DNA of 32,000 nucleotides from Dickeya solani IPO 2222 (GTDB lineage Bacteria; Pseudomonadota; Gammaproteobacteria; Enterobacterales; Enterobacteriaceae): NCBI RefSeq assembly GCF_001644705.1, contig NZ_CP015137.1, positions 4,170,001 to 4,202,000 of the forward strand, read 5' to 3'. Shown piece by piece: positions 25,388 to 32,000 of this stretch (position 1 is its first letter; each line of letters starts with the position of its first letter). The notes under the pieces were generated by a model. It saw only the letters and a program-made list of their open reading frames with translations, ran no database searches and was not told where the DNA came from. The position numbers and the translations under genes were made by a program.

Positions 25388-26701
25388 TCAGAGTGGTTGA
25401 TGCGCGGTTTCTCTGGCTTTCCACAACGCCAATAGCGTAATGCTCAGCGCGACGCTGACATACAGTGAAACCCACAAAGTGCTCCCCATTTCCTTATAAA
25501 GCGATGTAATGATGAGCGGGGCAAAGCCTCCCCCGATAATGCCCGCCAGAGTATAAGCCAGTGACGAACCGGCATAACGCACGTGCCCTGGAAACTGTTC
25601 AGTGACAAATGCAGCCTGCGGGCCATACATTATTGCGTGAATAAGTAACCCGATAATTACCGCCAACACGATAAAGAACGGTTGCGAGCTGTCCAGTAAC
25701 ACGAAGAACACAAACGACCAGATGATAGCCAGCAGCGCTCCGGTGATATACACCGGACGACGGCCAAGTCTGTCTGAAAGCGCGCCAAACATTGGCACCG
25801 TTATGGCATTGCCTATCGCACCCAGCATGGTTGCCATTAATGCCAGCGGGCGAGGGAGGTGCAGCACCGTTGTCACATACGTCAGCGTGAAAACCACCAC
25901 CAGAGCATATAACACGTCCGATCCGATGCGCGAACCTCCTGCAATCAATAGCTCACGGGGATAATGCAGAAATACATCTTTTAGTGGGGTATGCGTAGTA
26001 TTCTCTGACTGCTGCATTGCTACAAAGGTCGGTGTTTCTTCTACGCCTCGTCGCAGCCACAAACCAAACATGACCAGTAGCAGGCTCAGCAGGAAAGGAA
26101 TTCTCCATCCCCATTCCTGAAACTGCTCGTTGCTTATCGACAGGGTGACCAAGGTAATAAAACCTGTACCAATCAACGTACCGCAGGAGGGGCCAACCTG
26201 AGCAAACGAAGCATTGCGGCCGCGCTTATCAGCATCGCCGTGCTCCATCGAAAGTAATACTGCTCCGGCCCATTCACCACCCAGCGCAATACCCTGGATA
26301 AATCGCAGCGCTACCAGCAGCACCGGGCTCCAGATCCCCCATGCAGCATAGCCGGGCAATACGCCCATCAGTGCAGTGGTCACGCCCATGATGACAAGTG
26401 TGGTGATCAGCACCGCTTTGCGTCCCGCCACGTCGCCAAGATGACCAAAAATAAAGCCGCCAACAGGTCGAGACACGTAGCCGACCGCATACGTGGAGAA
26501 GGCGAGGATGGTACCAACCAGAGGATCAAAGCCCGGAAAAAATACGTGGTTGAAGACCAGTGCCGCCATAATGTTGTAGACGGTGAAATCATACCATTCC
26601 AGCGCTGTACCGATAGAACTGGCCGCCGCGAGGCGACCGGTTTTGGTCTTGGTGGAGGGCATGTGGGACGATTGCTGCAGCGCAGAATGGGTATTAGCCA
26701 T
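25388..26701 (-). CDS. MFS transporter, metabolite:H+ symporter (MHS) type
   Basis: 437 aa with about 12 TM helices. N-terminal region ...GTALEWYDFTVYNIMAALVFNHVFFP...GGFIFGHLGDVAGRK is typical of ProP/KgtP/ShiA-like MHS carriers. The start overlaps the upstream stop by 8 nt. Confidence 0.85.
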   Translation of the reverse strand: MANTHSALQQSSHMPSTKTKTGRLAAASSIGTALEWYDFTVYNIMAALVFNHVFFPGFDPLVGTILAFSTYAVGYVSRPVGGFIFGHLGDVAGRKAVLITTLVIMGVTTALMGVLPGYAAWGIWSPVLLVALRFIQGIALGGEWAGAVLLSMEHGDADKRGRNASFAQVGPSCGTLIGTGFITLVTLSISNEQFQEWGWRIPFLLSLLLVMFGLWLRRGVEETPTFVAMQQSENTTHTPLKDVFLHYPRELLIAGGSRIGSDVLYALVVVFTLTYVTTVLHLPRPLALMATMLGAIGNAITVPMFGALSDRLGRRPVYITGALLAIIWSFVFFVLLDSSQPFFIVLAVIIGLLIHAIMYGPQAAFVTEQFPGHVRYAGSSLAYTLAGIIGGGFAPLIITSLYKEMGSTLWVSLYVSVALSITLLALWKARETAHQPL

Positions 26702-27329
26702 GTGCTATCTCCTGTTTGGTCAACTGCCAGCTGAGAGAATAAAGCTGTACGTCCGCATGTAATGTCTGCGCCGCGCTGGCTGCCAGCGTTGCACACACGT
26801 GCGCATCTGAACAGGTCAGTAGCAGCATGACATCCATCGGACGATGCTCCCTGTTTTCACACGGAAGCGGTGTGCTCAGCGCGGTATCCGGAGTTAACAA
26901 ACGCGATGCGATATAACCCGGCGTTTGCGCTACGCTCGCCTGCCATGCCGTCAACGCTGCAGCGTCCAGGTCGACTTTTAACGTCATTACCGCGAGGTTA
27001 CTCGCGCTACCTTTGCCATGCTGATGCGTGATCGCACATACGCGGCGCATCGGATTGACCATCTTATTCAGATTTTTAACTGACCATTCCGTCTGCCGGG
27101 TAAATGCAGCGTGGTAATCCGCACTGGTAAAGGTTTCCAACGATTCGGTTTCATAGAGCCCAAGATACTTGCGTTCTGCGTCAATTGCCTGATAGCGCGT
27201 GCCACTGAGAAATCCGCCGATTGCCACGCGTTCTTCAACGTGTTCATGGTCATACCATTGATTGAAATCCGCTTCGTCTGCTGCATCAATATTCGTCGCG
27301 ACAAACAACATGCCGTGTGGTTGGGTCAT
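26694..27329 (-). CDS. Conserved-looking protein of unknown function (possibly two ferredoxin-like/EthD-type halves)
   Basis: 211 aa, packed tightly between the amidase gene (2-nt gap) and the MFS gene (8-nt overlap). The N-terminal FVATNIDAADEADFNQWYDHEHVEERVAIGGFLSGTRYQA resembles dimeric alpha/beta-barrel proteins. This is pattern recall only. Confidence 0.6.
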   Translation of the reverse strand: MTQPHGMLFVATNIDAADEADFNQWYDHEHVEERVAIGGFLSGTRYQAIDAERKYLGLYETESLETFTSADYHAAFTRQTEWSVKNLNKMVNPMRRVCAITHQHGKGSASNLAVMTLKVDLDAAALTAWQASVAQTPGYIASRLLTPDTALSTPLPCENREHRPMDVMLLLTCSDAHVCATLAASAAQTLHADVQLYSLSWQLTKQEIAHG

Positions 27330-27331
27330 GA

Positions 27332-28675
27332 TCAGATACTCCGTTTAAGGGTGGATTCAATTGAGGCAGCCCAGCTGAGTAGTGCAGCATCGTTGCCATG
27401 GGTTGAGGCCAACATCAGACCAACCGGCGCATCGCCGGGTTGATGACATGGCAATGAAATCGCGCAGCCATCCAGCATATTGATTACGCTGGGGTTTCGC
27501 AGCATGAGCATATTGACCTGCATGTAACGTGCAGGATCATCGAGTTCTGCAATGGTCGGCGCGATGAGTGGCACCGTTGGCATCAACATTCCATCGAATG
27601 GAGCAACCGCGTTTTCCACACGCTTTTTCCAGCTTGCCCTTAACTGGTAAAGTTCATTCGCATCCTGAGCGTTAAGCAGGCTGCCGCGTTTAATGCGTGT
27701 TAGCACCTGTGGATCGTAAGCCTCCGGCTGACAGGCTACGTGGTGCTTATGCCATTGCCATGCTTCCCAGGCCGTAATGCCACCGCGCGCATTTATGGTT
27801 TCAAGTTCATCGAGCTCTTTCAGGGGGATTTCCGTGAGCGTCACCCCGCGGGATTCCAGCATATCGAGTGCATTCCGCCAGGCACGGCTGACGTGCTGAT
27901 CGAGTCCGTCCAATACCCGGGTTTGTGGAATGGCAAAATGCGCATCGGAAAGATGACGTTCAACGATAGTAAGTGGCCTGTTGGCGATGACACTATCAAG
28001 CAGCCAGCAGCTACGTACGTCATGTGCAATTACCCCGATGCTGTCGAGAGAAACGGCAAGCGGCAGCGTACCGGTCTGGGTGATGCGGCTCGCGCTGGGT
28101 TTGAAGCCGGTGAGTCCGCAGAGTGCTGCTGGAATACGTACTGAGCCTCCTGTGTCTGTACCAACCGCCGCAAGACACATGCCATCTGTCACTGCCACGG
28201 CAGCTCCGGAAGATGAGCCCCCAGGGATACGATTCTGTTCACGTTGCCAGGGATTCGCGGGCGTGCCGTAATGCGGATTGATACCAAGGCCGGTAAAAGC
28301 AAACTCTGACATATTGGTTTTACCGACGATCGCCGTGCCTGCCTGTTCCAGCCGTTGAACCATGCTCGCACTGACCTTTGCCTCAGCCGCGTTAACCAGC
28401 AGATGGGAGCCCGCAAGCGTGACTTCTCCAGCGACATCGAACAGATCTTTGATACTGACAGGGAGGCCATCAATCGGACTTCGAGGTTGATGCTGCTGCC
28501 AGCGTGTGCTGGCCTGCAGTGCCTGCATCTCGGCGCGTTCAGCATACACGTTGGTAAACACACGTTTACCCTCGCCAGATGCATCAGTGATTGCATCCAA
28601 CGCATCACGGGTCAGATTTTCGGGACTGGTCATCCCGGCGAGCAGACTCTGGCTGGCTTGCCATAAAGTTGTCAT
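27332..28675 (-). CDS. Amidase-signature (AS) family amidase
   Basis: The ATG at 28675 (GAGGG RBS, 10 nt after the upstream stop) gives 447 aa; the track start at 28852 overlaps the upstream gene. It has the GGSSSGAAVAV motif and the upstream K...S context (PVSIKDLFDVAGE). Confidence 0.9.
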   Translation of the reverse strand: MTTLWQASQSLLAGMTSPENLTRDALDAITDASGEGKRVFTNVYAERAEMQALQASTRWQQHQPRSPIDGLPVSIKDLFDVAGEVTLAGSHLLVNAAEAKVSASMVQRLEQAGTAIVGKTNMSEFAFTGLGINPHYGTPANPWQREQNRIPGGSSSGAAVAVTDGMCLAAVGTDTGGSVRIPAALCGLTGFKPSASRITQTGTLPLAVSLDSIGVIAHDVRSCWLLDSVIANRPLTIVERHLSDAHFAIPQTRVLDGLDQHVSRAWRNALDMLESRGVTLTEIPLKELDELETINARGGITAWEAWQWHKHHVACQPEAYDPQVLTRIKRGSLLNAQDANELYQLRASWKKRVENAVAPFDGMLMPTVPLIAPTIAELDDPARYMQVNMLMLRNPSVINMLDGCAISLPCHQPGDAPVGLMLASTHGNDAALLSWAASIESTLKRSI

Positions 28676-28685
28676 GGGCACCCTC

Positions 28686-29366
28686 TTAGGCAATAACAGG
28701 CAACGAGTGAGTACAGTAGGAATGTTCCAGTGTGCGGTTGAGCACCGGGTCATGAAGAACCATGTGGAAGTCGCTTGAGGGGCGAATGCCGCCAATGGCG
28801 CTGAGTGTTCCACAGGACATGGCAAACCCTTCCTGAACCTGCTGCGTACCAAAATAACGACTCATCAGATCCATCGGTGACAGCAGCGAGGCGAGATTAC
28901 CCTGCTGATAGCTGACCCAGTCCCCATTTACCTTAATCCACGCATGTATTTCGAGCTGATCCCAGTGCGGCTCAACCTCGGACATACGCCATGCATGCAC
29001 GGCAACGGGTTTGATACAGGCTTGTTTTGACAGTGCCACGCTAAATGTTTCCAGATGACGATCGGTATGGTCAGAGACCAGCGAGACCCAGTATTCGCCT
29101 TGATGGAAAAACACAAATGGCTCTGCTTCTCCAGATGTCTGCTCGCCGACGACTTCAAGCTGAGTCAGCTGGCTGAGTTGATTGGTTGCAACACGATAAA
29201 AAAGCGGAACTGCACCAGGAGCGGGCACACCAAGTGCTTCAAGCTCCCTGATATGGTGCATTACGGCTTCCCGATTCCGGCCGACCCAGCCTGCAATAAC
29301 CAGCTGATTTATTTCGACATCCAGCACTGCCGCGCCTGCGCTATCCGTTGTGAACTGTAACTGCAT
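28686..29366 (-). CDS. DUF2848-like protein (tentative; possible FAH-like fold)
   Basis: 226 aa. AGAGGA RBS. First gene of the minus-strand operon. LVIAGWVGRNREAVMHHIRELEALGVPAP matches my recollection of DUF2848 proteins. Confidence 0.55.
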   Translation of the reverse strand: MQLQFTTDSAGAAVLDVEINQLVIAGWVGRNREAVMHHIRELEALGVPAPGAVPLFYRVATNQLSQLTQLEVVGEQTSGEAEPFVFFHQGEYWVSLVSDHTDRHLETFSVALSKQACIKPVAVHAWRMSEVEPHWDQLEIHAWIKVNGDWVSYQQGNLASLLSPMDLMSRYFGTQQVQEGFAMSCGTLSAIGGIRPSSDFHMVLHDPVLNRTLEHSYCTHSLPVIA

Positions 29367-29376
29367 GAGAGGTCCT

Positions 29377-29420
29377 CTTTATTAAAATCACAGTAAAATT
29401 TCACTGTTATTTTAATAAAG
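29377..29420. promoter_or_regulatory. 44-bp near-perfect palindrome, candidate GntR operator
   Basis: CTTTATTAAAATCACAGT-aaaatttc-ACTGTTATTTTAATAAAG, with 17 of 18 arm positions complementary. It lies in the 113-bp divergent region between the amidase operon and the GntR gene. Confidence 0.6.
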
Positions 29421-29479
29421 CCATTTTCATGCCAGGTTTTTGTGTAAGATGTCTTGGTAACCCATTAAGGATGTGCGCT

Positions 29480-30154
29480 ATGAGCGATTCGATTGCTGAA
29501 AATATGAACTCGCCGATCAATTTCAAGGCCGTTTCTTTGAACGAACGAGCCTATCTGGCCTTCAAGCACCGACTGATTACACTGCGATATAAGCCGGGCG
29601 AGTATCTGAATACAGCGCAGGTAATGGATGAGTTGGAAATGGGCCGAACGCCCGTCAATCAAGCCATTCACCGGCTGGCAACGGAAGGCTTACTGCAAAT
29701 CATTCCACGTAAAGGCGTGATGGTCTCCCCCTTGTCGATCGATGATGCTCTTGAGTTAATTGAGGTTCGCCTGGTGAATGAAACGCTGTGTTTGCGTCTG
29801 GCTACACAACGGGTTAACCCGGCTCAGATTGCATTTTTGCGGGATCTTAATCAGCGAATTGCCAGCGCCAGTGAAGTGCGCGATCGTGAAAATATGATGC
29901 TGCTGGACCGTGAATTTCACCAGACGCTTGCAGATATTGCCGGAAACAGTCGCCTGTCAGATATTCTGAGCATTATTCATGCGCAGGCTCAGCGCTTCTG
30001 GGCAACGACGTTGTCGAGTTCTGTACATATGCTTGAGGTGATTGCCGAACATGACGCCATCATCTCGGCACTTGAGAAAGGTGATGCTAACGAGGCACAA
30101 GAAGCGACACGTATACATATCAATTCATTTAAGCAGGCGCTTCTCAAAAACTGA
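29480..30154 (+). CDS. GntR-family (FadR/FCD subfamily) transcriptional regulator
   Basis: The ATG at 29480 has AAGGA 8 nt upstream. The winged helix reads YLAFKHRLITLRYKPGEYLNTAQVMDELEMGRTPVNQAIHRLATEGLLQIIPRKGVMV. The all-helical C-terminal domain contains EFHQTLADIAGN. Confidence 0.9.
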   Translation: MSDSIAENMNSPINFKAVSLNERAYLAFKHRLITLRYKPGEYLNTAQVMDELEMGRTPVNQAIHRLATEGLLQIIPRKGVMVSPLSIDDALELIEVRLVNETLCLRLATQRVNPAQIAFLRDLNQRIASASEVRDRENMMLLDREFHQTLADIAGNSRLSDILSIIHAQAQRFWATTLSSSVHMLEVIAEHDAIISALEKGDANEAQEATRIHINSFKQALLKN

Positions 30155-30322
30155 TAGCCGGGTAATGCGGCCAACTTGCTGATTTAGCGCATGATGGAAT
30201 TTTGATCTTGCCCACCATATATGGACACGCGACTCAGTGAGTAAACTCTCAATCAAGAGGTGACTCAGATGACAAACCCCGCATTGACCAGTAAAAACCC
30301 CGTAATCAGTGAATCCAGATTT

Positions 30323-30364
30323 AACGCCTTGCATGTCGTAAAACATACGAGGCGTTTTCATTTC
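30323..30364 (+). terminator. Candidate rho-independent terminator (+ strand)
   Basis: AACGCCTTGCATGT-cgtaaa-ACATACGAGGCGTT forms an imperfect stem followed by TTCATTTC. It lies between the convergent GntR and LLM genes. Confidence 0.4.
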
Positions 30365-30368
30365 AGAC

Positions 30369-31397
30369 TTATTCGTCGCGCCAGCCCATCGCCGGAGCAA
30401 CATGTTTTAGAATGGACTCGATAACATGCACGTTGTAATCCACGCCCAGCTGATTCGGTACGGTCAGTAATAACGTATCCGCTTCGGCAATCGCTTCATC
30501 CTGTTTCAGTTGTTCGATCAGTTTATCCGGCTCTGCGGCATAGCTGCGCCCGAAAATCGCGCGGGTTTTCTCATCAAGGAAACCAACCTTATCGCTGTCG
30601 TCACGGCTTGAGCCAAAATACATCCGGTCGCGATCATCCATCAGGGCAAAAATGCTGCGGCTGACCGAGACTCGTGGTGTACGTGTATGCCCGGCTTCTG
30701 CCCAAGCCTCGCGATACGCACGGATCTGTTTTGCCTGCTGAATGTGGAAAGGTTCGCCTGTTTCATCGTCTTTCAGCGTGGAACTTTGTAGGTTCATCCC
30801 CAGTTTGGCGGCCCACACCGCTGTCGCATTCGAACCAGCGCCCCACCAGATACGGTCGCGTAAACCTTCGGAATGAGGCTCAGGGCGCAGCAGGCCCGGC
30901 GGGTTCGGGAACATCGGCTGTGGATTGGGGTTCGCAAAACCTTCTCCACGTAACACATCCAACAGCACTTCGGTGTGACGGCGCGCCATATCAGACTCGT
31001 TTTCCCCTTCGGAAGGGACATAACCAAAATAGCGCCAGCCATCAATCACCTGCTCCGGGGAACCACGGCTGATACCCAGCTGTAAACGCCCGCCGGAGAT
31101 CAAGTCCGCTGCACCCGCATCCTCCGCCATATACAGCGGGTTTTCATAGCGCATATCGATAACACCAGTACCGATTTCAATACTCCGGGTTTTCGCGCCT
31201 ATCGCCGCCAGTAGGGGAAACGGTGAGCTGAGCTGGCGGGCAAAGTGATGCACTCTGAAATAGGCTCCGTCCGCCCCCAGTTCTTCGGCAGCAACAGCCA
31301 GATCGATGGATTGCAGCAGTGCGTCAGCGGCCGAACGGGTTCCAGATTGCGAAGACGGTGTCCAGTGACCAAATGACAAAAATCCGATCTTTTTCAT
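30369..31397 (-). CDS. Luciferase-like (LLM class) flavin-dependent oxidoreductase
   Basis: 342 aa. MKKIGFLSFGHWTP...LGADGAYFRVHHFARQL...GRLQLGISRGSPE resembles LLM/TIM-barrel monooxygenases. Confidence 0.8.
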   Translation of the reverse strand: MKKIGFLSFGHWTPSSQSGTRSAADALLQSIDLAVAAEELGADGAYFRVHHFARQLSSPFPLLAAIGAKTRSIEIGTGVIDMRYENPLYMAEDAGAADLISGGRLQLGISRGSPEQVIDGWRYFGYVPSEGENESDMARRHTEVLLDVLRGEGFANPNPQPMFPNPPGLLRPEPHSEGLRDRIWWGAGSNATAVWAAKLGMNLQSSTLKDDETGEPFHIQQAKQIRAYREAWAEAGHTRTPRVSVSRSIFALMDDRDRMYFGSSRDDSDKVGFLDEKTRAIFGRSYAAEPDKLIEQLKQDEAIAEADTLLLTVPNQLGVDYNVHVIESILKHVAPAMGWRDE

Positions 31398-31600
31398 GAC
31401 GTGTTTATCCTGGTTTTCAGGGGAATTATCAGCAGGCGGGCAGCATCCATGATGAAGTAAACCTGCTCCTGCCTTGGGTTATCCCTACTTTACGCGTTAC
31501 CAGATGAGGATAAATATCGTTTGTTTAACATAATGCATCAAATAAATTGATTGAGTGGGGCGTGACGTGATGATTCACCAGCAATCTTCCACGAGAGAAA

Positions 31601-31642
31601 GTAAATTTATTTAATAATCAATTGATATTTAAATAAATTAAT
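31601..31642. repeat. 42-bp AT-rich imperfect palindrome centred on CAATTG
   Basis: GTAAATTTATTTAATAATCAA|TTGATATTTAAATAAATTAAT, with 17 of 21 arm positions complementary. It lies in an AT-rich intergenic region. Confidence 0.7.
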
Positions 31643-31969
31643 ATGTCTATCTGTATGCCTAAAAGGAAAAGTCACGCTGCAAAAGGGGCGTGGTGGGGTT
31701 CTCATTTCTACCTGCGCGAAGTGGGCGAGCCGTTGCTTAATCTGGCAGTTTGCTAAGAGCAATCTCCCTCGTTATCTCACGGCGATGATGCCGCAGTTCC
31801 GTGTACCGGTAAATCAGAGCGTCTACGATCTGAAAAGTTGCCGGCAAAAGGTTAACACAGAACGAGAAATGGACGTTAATATGTCCGTTTCTGGCAAAGC
31901 AGACAGCATGCCTGACTGTCATATTGGTCATACGCGATAAATCATTTTTTAAAAGAGGAAGTGATTGTA

Positions 31970-32000
31970 ATGACTGAAAAAAATATGTTTATCACTGACA
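31970..32000 (+). CDS. Start of an unidentified gene running off the window
   Basis: GAGGAAG lies 8 nt upstream of the ATG at 31970 (MTEKNMFITD...). Only 10 codons are visible. Confidence 0.3.
   Translation, partial: MTEKNMFITD

Noticed and set aside
27740-28778. Several + strand ORFs (90-134 aa) inside the amidase gene
   Set aside because: They are antisense to a gene with a clear amidase-signature motif.
30125-30403. 92-aa minus-strand ORF, and a ~50-codon + strand ORF from the ATG at 30269 (good AAGAGGTGA RBS)
   Set aside because: Both run across the GntR/LLM convergent gap and into neighbouring genes. The products have no recognisable features. The + strand ORF would read through the candidate terminator and overlap the LLM 3' end. 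I kept it only as a remote possibility.
31737-31931. 64-aa minus-strand ORF near the right edge
   Set aside because: I see no RBS, signal or family motif. It could be a gene fragment, but I cannot support a call.
1-32000. Search for CRISPR arrays, tRNA/rRNA genes, IS elements with terminal inverted repeats, and integrase or transposase genes
   Set aside because: I saw no repeat-spacer periodicity with 28-37 bp units. I recognised no cloverleaf-like or rRNA-like segments. I saw no transposase or integrase motifs in any ORF. The short repeat arrays at 24258-24577 have no unique spacers of CRISPR size.

Overview
The window looks like chromosomal DNA from a soft-rot Enterobacterales genome, probably Dickeya. 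This is inferred from a PemB-type lipoprotein pectin methylesterase with a KdgR-like box, and from GC-rich coding sequence. I found no rRNA, tRNA, CRISPR array, IS element or integrase.

Layout:
- 1-7426: the end of an MFS gene, a LysR regulator, and a divergent operon. The operon encodes a PxpA/LamB-family protein, a stand-alone biotinyl domain, a biotin carboxylase, KipI- and KipA-like subunits, and an NCS1-type permease.
- 7430-9250: an AT-rich cassette. It carries two intact paralogous small genes with Sec signal peptides, a 5'-truncated and frameshifted third copy, and possibly a fourth trace.
- 9255-13823: four tightly packed genes directly downstream of the cassette, two pairs overlapping by 11 nt. 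They encode a MacB-type ATPase, an FtsX/MacB permease, a TolC-like outer membrane factor and an HlyD-type adaptor.
- 13893-24017: pemB, a GlpM-family gene, an exported protein, an unannotated 34-codon membrane ORF, a five-gene Dpp/Opp-type ABC importer, a MoaF-like exported protein, an HxlR regulator and a chagasin-family peptidase inhibitor.
- 24020-31970: a lower-GC mosaic. It contains two arrays of short direct repeats around a start-less ribbon-helix-helix (RHH) ORF, an orphan lipoprotein, and an operon of DUF2848-like protein, amidase, unknown protein and MFS transporter. A GntR regulator is divergent from that operon, with a 44-bp palindrome between them. A luciferase-like monooxygenase follows.

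My best candidate for an undescribed system is the small-protein cassette plus the MacB-type tripartite pump. I suspect a two-step route: Sec export to the periplasm, then pump-driven passage across the outer membrane. Function assignments rest on motifs I recognise by eye. No database search was run.
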